Shown in pieces: positions 51,418 to 61,165 of a DNA stretch of 64,000 nucleotides; the stretch's first letter is position 1; each line of letters opens with the position of its first letter. A program made the translations under genes and the position numbers. The DNA is from Myxococcota bacterium (GTDB lineage Bacteria; Myxococcota_A; UBA9160; UBA6930), in assembly GCA_965223705.1 (NCBI GenBank), contig OZ245015.1, forward strand, positions 992,001 to 1,056,000, given 5' to 3'. The notes beneath the pieces are model-generated. The model searched no databases and had not been told where the DNA came from. It saw only the letters and a list, made by a program, of their open reading frames with translations.

Positions 51418-52556
51418 GTTGCTTGCGATTCCAAGTAAACAGCCGACAGGAATCGTAGTGTTTCATCCGCGCACCGCTCCCACGAAAATGTTTCTGCTCG
51501 CGTCCACGCGGACGCAGCGCACCGTTCTCGTAGCTCCCGGCACACGACGAGCCGCTCGATTGCTGCGACGACAGAGTCCACATTTTCCGGGTCAAAGTAG
51601 ACCCCAGCATCCCCCAGGACCTCGGGCATAGGACCGCGATTCGAACAAGCGATCGGGTAGCCCTGTGCCATACCTTCGAGCAAGATGTTGGGCATGTTCT
51701 CGCAACTGGATGCGAACACAAAGATGTCGGAACGATCGACGACTTCGTGTAGCCGATCGAAGGGTAAGGGCCCGTCGTACGAGGCGAATTCCCCGTTCGG
51801 GTCAACGCGAGCCAGGGTAGCGCGCAGACGGGCAAGAGCAGCAGGATACGCAGGACCAACGAATTCGATAGCTACCGGATACCCCCTGAGTCTGAGTTCG
51901 CTAACGGCCTCAGCAACGATCCATTGGTGCTTGTAGACGTCGACTATTGAAACATAGACCAGTCGCATCGGGTTCTCGCGAGAGAACTCCACAAGGTCTC
52001 GTTGGGGTCGCGGCTCTATTCGAAACCGATCCTCAACCCCATGGGGTATCACGACAGTTCGCTTGGGCGAGCCGACGACGCCAGTCACAACCTCGCGAGA
52101 ATATTGCGTGAGAAAGACAACTCCGTCGGCGGAGCGAAGGGTTCGGCTCTGCCCAAAGCGCAGAAGAAAGACGCGTAGGCCCATCAAGGAGATCCCGTAG
52201 CGTCGCATCTCCTTCCACTCGAAGGGAAGGAGGTTTCTCGACATTGTTACGAGCGGGAAGACTTGTGTTGGCGAATTTCCGCCGGGCGCGAAGAGCAAGT
52301 CACATTGTTGGCTTGCCAACTTTGGAAGGCGTCTCCATTGCCACAAAAGGCGGAACGGCAAAGGCCGGTCTAGTTCGGGTTCGTGGACCTTTTGTAGCCA
52401 AGGGTGCGCCGGAAGCCGGTTGAGAGTCTCTTTGCCAGCCCAAACAACGACTTCCGAAATATTGTAGTTGTCTGGCTGGGCAACTCTGAGAAGGTTCGTA
52501 AGGTGTGTTAGACCACCTCCCGCCCTAAGGTTCGAAGCATCGATTCCAAGAATCAA
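51414..52556 (-). CDS. Glycosyltransferase family 4
   Basis: GIDASNLRAGGGLTHL, IPHGV, YKHQ, FASSCENMPNILLEGMA and YFDP. Confidence 0.92.
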   Translation of the reverse strand: MILGIDASNLRAGGGLTHLTNLLRVAQPDNYNISEVVVWAGKETLNRLPAHPWLQKVHEPELDRPLPFRLLWQWRRLPKLASQQCDLLFAPGGNSPTQVFPLVTMSRNLLPFEWKEMRRYGISLMGLRVFLLRFGQSRTLRSADGVVFLTQYSREVVTGVVGSPKRTVVIPHGVEDRFRIEPRPQRDLVEFSRENPMRLVYVSIVDVYKHQWIVAEAVSELRLRGYPVAIEFVGPAYPAALARLRATLARVDPNGEFASYDGPLPFDRLHEVVDRSDIFVFASSCENMPNILLEGMAQGYPIACSNRGPMPEVLGDAGVYFDPENVDSVVAAIERLVVCRELRERCAASAWTRAETFSWERCADETLRFLSAVYLESQAT

Positions 52557-53653
52557 AGATGCGATCCAGATACGGCAAGCTCGTACACCCGCAGAAAGCT
52601 CTCCGCACTAGCCTCGATCGACCAGCGTCGGGCTTTGCACGCGGCCGCCTCGGTTCGCCGAAGGTTGTCCTGCGGATTTCGCAGTACTTGCGAAATGGCG
52701 TCGGCTGCCGGGGCGGAGCTACCAGTTTCCACGAAAAACGCCTCTTCTTCGGAGAACAGTTCCCGATGCGCGGGGATGTCGGAAAGGACGAGCGGACACT
52801 CGGAGGCAGCGGCCTCCATCACCGTGTTCGGCATCCCTTCGTAGTGGCTAAGCGAAACAAAGGCCCGCGCCCGTTTGAGCAACGAGATGCCCTGGTCGGT
52901 GTAATCACAAAACCGAATCCGATCTTCGAGTCTTCGCTCTCTTACAAGAGCCATCAGTCGGCCGGTCTCGGATCCCGATCCGCAAAACAACCCGATTGCG
53001 CCGTGACTCGCAACATTCTTTCCCATAGCGTCAAGTACAAGGGCGGGGTTCTTAAACGGTTCGATGCGGCCGATAAACAAGATCAGGGGCCCATCTCTAT
53101 CGAATCCAAACTCCGAGAGTGATGCCGCCGAAGCTCGATCAATCTCGTCGAAGCAAAGGCCATTGCGAATGGTCGACCGACCTACTCGCGGGGGAAGCTG
53201 GGTCTTCCAGTAGGCGTTTCCAGCCTCTGAGTTTGAGACGACGAAAGCCGCCCTTGTGGCGAGACAAGCCCGAACCCGTAGTTTCGCCGTTTGAGCGATG
53301 GAACCTGGGGCCGTTCGCTCCGTGAGAATCCATGGGATCTTGCGGCGCCATGCAGCTAGACCTCCGAGGATATCCATCATTGGAAGCCAGGTCTGAACGA
53401 TATCAGGGTGGAGTTCACGCAGGAGCGAGCAGATGGCGACGGGAATTCTTGCGTCGTAGCTGGACTTCGAAGCGATACAGTGGACCTCAGCTTTGGCGGC
53501 CACCGCGCGGTCCAAATTTGGGCCTCCCTTCAGCACAGCAATATGAACTTCGACCCCGAGTTGGTGAAACGCACCGCAGAGGTTCGCGAGCTGACGTTCT
53601 GCACCGCCAGGCCCGAGACTGGGAATGAGATGAAGGACCTTCAGGGCATGCAT
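52553..53653 (-). CDS. Glycosyltransferase family 4
   Basis: LIPSLGPGGAERQL, SNSEAG, IGRIEPFKN, SHYEGMPNTVMEA and SDIPAH. Confidence 0.92.
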   Translation of the reverse strand: MHALKVLHLIPSLGPGGAERQLANLCGAFHQLGVEVHIAVLKGGPNLDRAVAAKAEVHCIASKSSYDARIPVAICSLLRELHPDIVQTWLPMMDILGGLAAWRRKIPWILTERTAPGSIAQTAKLRVRACLATRAAFVVSNSEAGNAYWKTQLPPRVGRSTIRNGLCFDEIDRASAASLSEFGFDRDGPLILFIGRIEPFKNPALVLDAMGKNVASHGAIGLFCGSGSETGRLMALVRERRLEDRIRFCDYTDQGISLLKRARAFVSLSHYEGMPNTVMEAAASECPLVLSDIPAHRELFSEEEAFFVETGSSAPAADAISQVLRNPQDNLRRTEAAACKARRWSIEASAESFLRVYELAVSGSHL

Positions 53654-54882
53654 TTTTTACGGAGGTCAGGATATCCGCCGAGCTCTGCGGGATTGTCTCT
53701 CACTGTGGCTCTCTTGCCGGTCTGTCCGGTCACCTGGAGCAATAGGCTCTGGTCGAGAGAGTCGCGGCACGGTTTCGTGGCACCGGCTTCTCGGACCGTC
53801 TCCTGAAGAACATCGCGGTCGGTCTCAAGATACAGATCGACCCCCACCGGCCGTTTCATGAGAAATCCAGCATCTCTAGTCACCCTGTCGATTCCGCCTT
53901 TCGTTCGGTCCGAGACGAACTCATGTTGTTGGTGGTTTCCGGAGTAAAACCGGTTGGTGCTTAGAAACAGACCTACTGTGCCGACACCAATCCTCTGCAC
54001 CGGCGGTGGGATCCTGTTGCTTCCTGAGAGGTATACATTGCGCACAAAATCTGCATAGACGTGCCAACCCTGGGAAAATGAGCCAACTATGGAGCCGATC
54101 TGGTAGTTGTGAATAACGTTTTCTTCGACAGTGAAAATTGCAACTCCGCGCTCCGGAGAGCCATGATCGGAACCCGGGGTGAGTTGCGGATTCCTGGAAT
54201 ACTGGTGGGCGAACACGTTCCTCACCCAACTCCCGAGCGATACGTCGCCAGCGACGAGTGTGCCGTAGGTGTGGTTTCGCGACTGGGGAAGAGTCTGGGC
54301 GATGATCGAATATTGAATCGTGAAGTTGCGCAGAGAGCGGCCCTCGTAGGCAACAGCCGAGATGCATTCATCCGTGCCCCACTGACACGAGACATGGTCG
54401 ATCAGGTAGTTTGAACCATCCTCCAGGGTCAGCCCATCGTCATAGGCCTTGCGGTTTCCGTTCCGGAACCGCATATGAGTGACGATGGTGTTGCCACCGC
54501 GAAGGCTCACCTGCGCGTCGGCAATTTGCACGCCCGCGTCCGGCGCATCAGAACCGTCAATCGTGAGATTGCCGGCGAAGATAGTCAGTGGACGCCTCAG
54601 CCGGATCGTTCCAGAAACGCGAAAACGGACGATGCGCCCCGGTTGCGCCACGGCTGCCCGTAAAGGGCAGTCACCATCGATATCCGATGAGCAGGCGCCT
54701 GTTGAGCTGTCCTCCAGCGTGTCAACCCAAACGGTTTCTCCACCCGTCCCTCCCGTCGTAGCCATGCCGAACCCGTGGGCGGTGATCGCGACGGCGCTAG
54801 CGGCCAGGGTGGAGACAAAGAGCGAAATCGCTAGCGTCCACGGGCATCCACGAAGCAGCGAGACACGGGTGATTCGGACCAC
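53641..54882 (-). CDS. Secreted pectate-lyase-like (PL1-type beta-helix) protein; start approximate
   Basis: Signal-like LAISLFVSTLAASAVA; AHGFG..TTGG.GG, LRAAV, VRFRVSGTI, NLTIDG, IDHVSCQWGTDE and SRNP. Confidence 0.82.
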   Translation of the reverse strand: MVRITRVSLLRGCPWTLAISLFVSTLAASAVAITAHGFGMATTGGTGGETVWVDTLEDSSTGACSSDIDGDCPLRAAVAQPGRIVRFRVSGTIRLRRPLTIFAGNLTIDGSDAPDAGVQIADAQVSLRGGNTIVTHMRFRNGNRKAYDDGLTLEDGSNYLIDHVSCQWGTDECISAVAYEGRSLRNFTIQYSIIAQTLPQSRNHTYGTLVAGDVSLGSWVRNVFAHQYSRNPQLTPGSDHGSPERGVAIFTVEENVIHNYQIGSIVGSFSQGWHVYADFVRNVYLSGSNRIPPPVQRIGVGTVGLFLSTNRFYSGNHQQHEFVSDRTKGGIDRVTRDAGFLMKRPVGVDLYLETDRDVLQETVREAGATKPCRDSLDQSLLLQVTGQTGKRATVRDNPAELGGYPDLRKKCMP

Positions 54883-56311
54883 ACTCCGGCGCGTCGGCTC
54901 CTCGACAGGACTGTTTACGCTCTCGACAGTGCTGGCGGCTTTGTGCCTCGCCTCGGGACTCATCGGTTCAGGTATCTCTCCGTCCGTTTCCGCTCTCCTC
55001 GGCATCGGCGGCTTGGCGCTGTACGCCTTCGTTTGGTTCAGCCGCTTCAATAGCGTGGATCCGCTCCTATGGATCCCGGCCATGATGGTTCTTTTTTACT
55101 TTGGGATGCCCGTTGCGGAGTGGCTGTTCCCTTCGGGAAGCCAAGTGACTTACGACAGTTGGGGGCTTAAGCCCGACCCTCGTGACGTGTCCAGTGGCTT
55201 CGCCGTGGCCTCGCTCACTTTGGTCTCGTTTATCGCAGGGGCGAGCATCCACGGTATCGAGCGGCCGGAAACGAGGCCAGATTTCCCTCAGAACCAGTTC
55301 CTGAGTGTCTCCGGCGCAAGCGTCGCGGCGCTGGGGCTTGCGATGCTCGCTTTGGGAATCGCCATCGCGGGACCGAGTTCTTTGTTCTCAAACTATGGCG
55401 CTCTGAAGGAAGCGGAGGCTTGGGGGGCTGTTGATGCTCGTTTCGTTCACGTCGGGGCCCTGTTTAGCATCATCGGGGTGCTCGCTGCGCTCAGCGGCGC
55501 GGGTCGAGCGCGATGGGCAATCGTCCTCGCAGTGATCGCGCTAGGCAGCGTTTCTGCCGTCTACTTTCTCCTGGGAGATCGCAGCGCCATCATGGCAATG
55601 GCCGTCGCCGTTTCCTGGGTTTACACGATCCGAGTGAAACGCATTGGTTGGCCTATCGCTTTCGTCGCTTTTGGCCTGGCTCTGGTCGTCGCGCCGTTGC
55701 TCGCCGAATACCGTGTCTTCAAGGACGTCGTTCACACTTCGAACCTGAGTATTGTGGAGCTTGTGCGAGCTAGTTTCTACGAGACGGGTTCTAGCGCCCA
55801 GGTGTTTGTCCATACCCTTGCGAACATCCCGGAAACGAAGGGGTACGACTGGGGGGTTAGCGTTGTTTACGCGATCGCGGAGTTGATTCCAAACCTTGGT
55901 TTGAACCCGGCCGGACAGAGACTTCTTGACCCTCTTCAGCATCAGCCGAGTATTTGGTTGGTTCACAGCATCAATCCGATTAAGTACTTTGACGGGGGTG
56001 GGTATGGGTTCGCGCTCGGCGCCGAATGGTATTTCAATTTCGGCGTTCCCGGCGTCTGGATCGGATGCCTGGCAACAGGTTGGCTGACGGCGAGGGTCCG
56101 GCGTTGGTCGCTTTCCGGTGGGCTCGCCCTGGTAGTATCTGCCCAGTTCGCATCCATGGTGGCACTGCTCGTCAGAAACTCCCTCTCGGCACCTCTTCGT
56201 GGTTTCGTCTGGTCTGCTATCGCTTTGTGTGGCGTTTATTTCGCTCTTAGGCTGTTCGCGGCGAAACCGGTTTCGGATCCCACTCTCATCGGTCAAGAGT
56301 CGGGATCCTAG
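54869..56311 (+). CDS. Wzy-like polysaccharide polymerase / O-antigen ligase family membrane protein; start approximate
   Basis: About 10-11 TM segments; LLGDRS, periplasmic loop and GYGFALGAEWYFNFG. Confidence 0.78.
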   Translation: MIRTTLRRVGSSTGLFTLSTVLAALCLASGLIGSGISPSVSALLGIGGLALYAFVWFSRFNSVDPLLWIPAMMVLFYFGMPVAEWLFPSGSQVTYDSWGLKPDPRDVSSGFAVASLTLVSFIAGASIHGIERPETRPDFPQNQFLSVSGASVAALGLAMLALGIAIAGPSSLFSNYGALKEAEAWGAVDARFVHVGALFSIIGVLAALSGAGRARWAIVLAVIALGSVSAVYFLLGDRSAIMAMAVAVSWVYTIRVKRIGWPIAFVAFGLALVVAPLLAEYRVFKDVVHTSNLSIVELVRASFYETGSSAQVFVHTLANIPETKGYDWGVSVVYAIAELIPNLGLNPAGQRLLDPLQHQPSIWLVHSINPIKYFDGGGYGFALGAEWYFNFGVPGVWIGCLATGWLTARVRRWSLSGGLALVVSAQFASMVALLVRNSLSAPLRGFVWSAIALCGVYFALRLFAAKPVSDPTLIGQESGS

Positions 56312-57925
56312 TTGTCGATTCTCGCTGCTGTGGGGCGAGTCGCTAGGACCGTCAGACACCTCCGGTACGACCAAATATTGGGCCAGTTGAAGGTTCGTTT
56401 AGTAGGCCCAGTTCGGCTCCAGAAGGCCACAGAGCCTCTCGCGCTCGGTGGCGTCGGCAGCCTCGTCGCTTTTTGTCCCCCGCCAGAACACATCGAGCTA
56501 CCGACGAAGACAACGCTGGTACTACTAAACGAGACAATGCAGATAGAGGATCCAGTCGATTGGTGCGCCGCTTCCGCGAGCCCCCTGCGAATGTTTCATC
56601 TTCACTACCACCAGTGGTTGCGACATCCCTCGCTTCCTTTGGATCGAAGAGGGGATCTACTCCTAGGTTGGCTCCGTCAGCCTTCTGGAGGTGTTGGTTG
56701 GAACGTTGGGCCAATTACAAACCGCGCGATCGAGTGGGCAAAGCTCCTCGCGCAGGCCGGTAGCCTTCCGGACGACGGAAACCTACGACAAGCCCTGCTC
56801 CAAAGTCTGGCAGATCAATTGGCAACCTTGGCAGTCAGCTTGGAGACCCATCTCTCGGGGAATCACTACCTGCACAACCTCATTGCGCTCGTGCTGGCGG
56901 GGGTCGCCTTTAGGAGTCGCCAGGCCGACGAGCTCCTTCGCAACCAGGGGAAACTCGAGTACGAGCTTCGCGAGCAAATCAACCCCGACGGGGGCTTCTA
57001 CGAGAGGAGCCCGATGTACCACGGCATCATCCTTGAGTCACTTCTCGACCTCCTTAACTTCGCAAGGGCGAATCCCGGACGCACCGAACACGGGTTCGAG
57101 GAGTTTTTGGTGCGGGTGATCGAAAGAATGGTCGAAGCTGTCTTCGTTTGGACTCACCCGAATGGTCAAGCCGCCCTGATCGGGGATACAGCGCGCCGCG
57201 CGTTCGCGTCCACGAAAGAAATCACCGATTACGCCTCTCGCCTACAAATCCAGCCGAAGCGCTCTCGATCGATTCTTGAAAATACCGGAATAGCGCGGTT
57301 CACGTCTGGTTCCTTCGTCGCGATCGCGAGTCTGTGCGGGCCATCACCACCTCACCAGCCGGGACACGCGCATTGTGACGCACTCTCGTTCGAGCTCTCA
57401 GTCGATCGGGAAGAAATCGTCGTCGACACCGGGGTGTTCGAGTACACGTCGGGTGCACGACGTGACATCTCGCGAAGCGTCGTGTCCCACGCAACGGCTT
57501 CCATCGATGGGAACGAACAATCGGAGATGTGGGGCCGACACCGCGTCGGCGGTCGGGCGCGCGTCTCAATACAGGAACTCGGTCCTTCCGGATTCGTTGC
57601 GTCATGCACCGGGTGGCAGGGCGGTACACATCGACGTCGCTTCGAGATGAGCTCCGACACCATCCGCATTCTCGACACGTTTGAGGGGGTGCGCAAAAGC
57701 GCAGTGGTCCGGTTTCCACTAGCGCCCGGAGTTAACGTAAGTCGTCGGGGCAACGACCTGGCCCTTTGCAAGACTGGGCGCGCTCTTCTGTTGCGAAGCC
57801 CAGTACGTACGCGTGTCGTCGAGCAGCCTTACTTTCCAGAATTCGCGCGCGAAGAGCTGAGAGCCGTGGTTGAGATTCATGGCAATGGCCGAACGCCCAT
57901 CGCGACGGAACTCACATTGAGCTAG
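56312..57925 (+). CDS. Heparinase II/III family protein
   Basis: LHYHQWL, LETHLSGNHYLHN, EQINPDGGFYERSPMYH, GHAHCDALSFEL, VDTG and HRRRF. Confidence 0.9.
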   Translation: MSILAAVGRVARTVRHLRYDQILGQLKVRLVGPVRLQKATEPLALGGVGSLVAFCPPPEHIELPTKTTLVLLNETMQIEDPVDWCAASASPLRMFHLHYHQWLRHPSLPLDRRGDLLLGWLRQPSGGVGWNVGPITNRAIEWAKLLAQAGSLPDDGNLRQALLQSLADQLATLAVSLETHLSGNHYLHNLIALVLAGVAFRSRQADELLRNQGKLEYELREQINPDGGFYERSPMYHGIILESLLDLLNFARANPGRTEHGFEEFLVRVIERMVEAVFVWTHPNGQAALIGDTARRAFASTKEITDYASRLQIQPKRSRSILENTGIARFTSGSFVAIASLCGPSPPHQPGHAHCDALSFELSVDREEIVVDTGVFEYTSGARRDISRSVVSHATASIDGNEQSEMWGRHRVGGRARVSIQELGPSGFVASCTGWQGGTHRRRFEMSSDTIRILDTFEGVRKSAVVRFPLAPGVNVSRRGNDLALCKTGRALLLRSPVRTRVVEQPYFPEFAREELRAVVEIHGNGRTPIATELTLS

Positions 57926-60498
57926 CTGGTCTGACGGAGGAAGGCCTCAGAAAACGGCTCGACCGTAACCTCCTCGGCTAGGTCGAGGGACTCCTTTGCG
58001 CGTAAAAAGAGCTCCCCAGTCTCCCACAAGTATTTGACAAGGTGGCCTCTCTCTTCTGTCAACTTCCTCGTCAGGCCGTAGCTAGCAGCAACGCATTGCC
58101 GATGGCCGTGGTCGCGAAAGAGCGGACGATGATTTTCGACCTGGCCCGCTGTTTCGATTCGGAGGCGGTTAAAGTCGTCCAGCATGATCAGGGTGTCACC
58201 GGACTGGGCGGTGAGACGCTCCCGCACCCCCTCCAGAGAGTAACCCTTCGCAGTGAATGTGATCGAACAGAGAGACCCATCCCCGAAGTGCAAGCTGACA
58301 ACAATGTCTGAATCACGCTCAGATCCCGTGTGACTACGGAGCGTGATCGGGTAGCGCGCCTCCTCGGGTACGCACAAGTAGATGAAGTCGGTCCAGTGAC
58401 AGAGGTTTCCAAAGATTCGACCTCCCTCCTCGGGCCTGGCATACCAATGCCCTTTTCCAAGGTGGTGGCCGACAATCGACCAGTGAACGGCTTTCGGGCC
58501 CCGCGCAGCCCGGAGCGACTCGATTGTTCGCCGTCCTAGGTTGCTTTTGGGACGATTGAAGCCGAGACCGATTCCAGCAGTTGAGTCGCGGACGGCAGAG
58601 CACAAGCGAACCAATTGATCCCGGTTGACTACGTGCGGCTTTTCGACATGGACGTTTTTATTTCGGCGCAAGGCTTCTATGGCGTAGTCGGCGTGAGTCG
58701 AGTGTGTAGACGCGACGAAGACTAAATCGATGTTCGGGTCTTCAAAAATGTCGTTAGCGTCCGTCGTGCAGTGAACACACCGGTAGGCTTGTGCTAGCGA
58801 CGCTGCTCGATCGGGATTCAGGTCCATCGCGGTTCGCATCACGTCGCCAAAATCTCGTCGCAGGTAATATGCGAGGCTCGAGAATGCGAAACTACCGCAC
58901 CCGATGAGGCCCACGTGTTTGCCGGGGCTCGGTCCTTTCTCGAGGGCCGGTGGGCCATCGAAGTGCTTCTTCAGATGGTATCGGCCCCGGATCTTCGCGA
59001 CGGTACGTGAGGGTCCATAGAGGCGGACATAACGGAAAACCTTGCGAACCTTCGCTTCCATCGGTGCATCGAGATAGTCCGCAAGGCCAGTGTCGTCTTC
59101 TGGCTCGTGTATGTCCGCAGGCGAGGCGGGCGCTTCGGATACGACGAATCGTTGCTTGCCGCCCGGTCCGAGGGGAATCCTGTCAACACAGGTGACGGAA
59201 ACCGCAAGCCCCGAACCCAAACGTTCCCTTATAGAGGCAGTAAGCTTCTTGAGCGAAGCCGGCGTCCAGTCGTCACCGACAACCACCAAGACGTCTAGTT
59301 GCGAAGATTGTGTCTGACGAAGTTGGGCTTCTCGGACTCCGTCGATGCCCTTGAATATGTGGTCGAGTCGTCCAAACGTGCGGCCGTCCGGGGTTCGGAT
59401 TTCGTCTTCAATCCGGCCGTCAATTCGGGAAAAGACCTGACCGCATCGAATCGGACTCTCGGGATTCTTTAGCAGCGTGCCGATATCTCCGATTCGGTAG
59501 CGGATGAGCGGCATGGCATGGTTTGCGAGGCCTGTGAGAAGAATCGGACCGCGGATGTAATCGTCGGTTTCTTCGAGAGGCTCAACCTCGACAATGCAAA
59601 ATTCGCCGTCGGGGTAGAGGCGCGCGTCTGCCTCGGAGGACATCGAAGCAGCGAGCTCCGAACAGCCATAACGTTCAATCACAGGAGCGCCAAACGCCTC
59701 CTCGATCGCATCTCTCTGGAACGGGAGAAGAGTTTCCGACGAGGAGAAAACAGCTTTCATCCTACCAGGCTGAAGGGGCTCTCCTGTCTCAAGAAGTGCG
59801 CACGCGACGCGGTACAGGAAAGACGGGTAGCCCTGCGCGTAACTCGCGTCGGATGCGCGAATTTCTGTCGCATACTCGTGGAGGTTTCTGTGGTTTAGGT
59901 GATAGGCCGAGAACAGGGTTTGACCCTGGGATCGATCGTATCGCCAGAAGGGGCCGGACTTTTGATCAACGGGTACGATCACCTGACCGCTGAACGTAAG
60001 GTGTGGGTCGCCCAACGCTACGCCTGCTCGCATCCTGCGTCGCCAGACGATCGCGTACTCCTCCGCAATCGCGTTGCGCGTTGCAGCGATTTGTAGAGGC
60101 GTTCCAGTAGTCCCGCTGGTCGCTAGAAAAATCAGATCTCGAGACGGAATATGTCGCGCTTGTAGTTTCTTGGGCTGGTCCCGGACACTCGCTTTTTCCA
60201 GCGGCTCGATCTGGGCGAGTGTTCGCTCAATACCTTCTTGAGGGTCCGCGGATACGAATGCTGGTGGAAGGTCTGCATAGAACGCGGTGTGCCTGCGAGC
60301 GATATCGACGAGTGTCCTAAGTCGCTCATACTGAATCGAACGCAATTCGAACTCTGAGCACGATTCGGAGGATTGCAATGATGCAAGCGCTTGGCTGAAG
60401 CGCGCACCGAAGCGCAATCGCTTGCGAGCCAGCCCGCCGAGCGTGCAAGCTACGTTTTGAGCGTAGATCGGAAGGCGATTGTAAAGCGCGCTCGACAT
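57922..60498 (-). CDS. CapK/phenylacetate-CoA-ligase-like adenylate-forming enzyme fused to a Gfo/Idh/MocA oxidoreductase
   Basis: N-terminal half: TSGTTG, GYPS, SSETL, ERYGCSE, PLIRYRIGD and DGR. C-terminal half: GLIGCGSFA, HVEKP, GFNRP and GGRIFGNLCHWTD. Confidence 0.88.
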   Translation of the reverse strand: MSSALYNRLPIYAQNVACTLGGLARKRLRFGARFSQALASLQSSESCSEFELRSIQYERLRTLVDIARRHTAFYADLPPAFVSADPQEGIERTLAQIEPLEKASVRDQPKKLQARHIPSRDLIFLATSGTTGTPLQIAATRNAIAEEYAIVWRRRMRAGVALGDPHLTFSGQVIVPVDQKSGPFWRYDRSQGQTLFSAYHLNHRNLHEYATEIRASDASYAQGYPSFLYRVACALLETGEPLQPGRMKAVFSSSETLLPFQRDAIEEAFGAPVIERYGCSELAASMSSEADARLYPDGEFCIVEVEPLEETDDYIRGPILLTGLANHAMPLIRYRIGDIGTLLKNPESPIRCGQVFSRIDGRIEDEIRTPDGRTFGRLDHIFKGIDGVREAQLRQTQSSQLDVLVVVGDDWTPASLKKLTASIRERLGSGLAVSVTCVDRIPLGPGGKQRFVVSEAPASPADIHEPEDDTGLADYLDAPMEAKVRKVFRYVRLYGPSRTVAKIRGRYHLKKHFDGPPALEKGPSPGKHVGLIGCGSFAFSSLAYYLRRDFGDVMRTAMDLNPDRAASLAQAYRCVHCTTDANDIFEDPNIDLVFVASTHSTHADYAIEALRRNKNVHVEKPHVVNRDQLVRLCSAVRDSTAGIGLGFNRPKSNLGRRTIESLRAARGPKAVHWSIVGHHLGKGHWYARPEEGGRIFGNLCHWTDFIYLCVPEEARYPITLRSHTGSERDSDIVVSLHFGDGSLCSITFTAKGYSLEGVRERLTAQSGDTLIMLDDFNRLRIETAGQVENHRPLFRDHGHRQCVAASYGLTRKLTEERGHLVKYLWETGELFLRAKESLDLAEEVTVEPFSEAFLRQTS

Positions 60499-60499
60499 C

Positions 60500-61165
60500 T
60501 TAGTTCGGGACGAACTTTGGGAGCTCGCGCATCAGGGGTTCAGCGATCTCGAAGAAGACCTGATCTGCACTTTCGATTTCGTCCCGAACGATCGGAATCG
60601 TGAATCGCACCAGAGATCCATCGGTCCGGCCTGTCATCCCGCGATCCCAGGTCAGTGCCACGATCTTTTTCCAATCATCGGCAATGACGCGGCCGCGAGA
60701 TTGATACCAGTAGTACACCAGACGCCGAGCGTTCCCTTTGGCGATAACGAGTCGGTTCACCCGGGCGGGCTGCTCGGGGAGTCCTGGGAGCGACACGGCT
60801 GGTTTTTCATGCTCGATGATGTTCCAGCCAGATCCAGGCAGACAATGTTTGGGCGGATGTATCGCCTTGACACCGGTACCTCCGCCGTCCACGCGAGCTT
60901 GGACTTCGTGATATCCGATATAGACATTCACAAACTGGGAGCGGTCCACGCTCTGGAAATCACACAAGAGATAGTCTGTGACGCCCAGGTTGTTCTCAAT
61001 TTTTTCGCTCATGACTTGGTTCGTTGCGCAGGAAAAGGGTCCGAGCTCTTTCGGAAAGGCTACGAATTGTTCTCGCTCCGGAACTACGGAATGCTTCGCG
61101 AGGTGGTAGTACGCGTAGTAGTTAGTTGCTAGGAACATCAGCGCTGCGAGGATCTTGAGAGTCAC
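60500..61165 (-). CDS. epsI: Exosortase-associated EpsI family protein
   Basis: GTG start overlapping the exosortase stop; N-terminal TM, YIGYH, IHPPKHCLPGSGW, YYWYQSRGR and DGSLVR. Confidence 0.9.
   Translation of the reverse strand: MTLKILAALMFLATNYYAYYHLAKHSVVPEREQFVAFPKELGPFSCATNQVMSEKIENNLGVTDYLLCDFQSVDRSQFVNVYIGYHEVQARVDGGGTGVKAIHPPKHCLPGSGWNIIEHEKPAVSLPGLPEQPARVNRLVIAKGNARRLVYYWYQSRGRVIADDWKKIVALTWDRGMTGRTDGSLVRFTIPIVRDEIESADQVFFEIAEPLMRELPKFVPN

Noticed and set aside
54479..55083. About 600-bp double-coding overlap between the PL1-like and wzy-like ORFs as called in the track
   Set aside because: Signal/TM segments indicate real starts near 54882 and 54869; the extensions are featureless.
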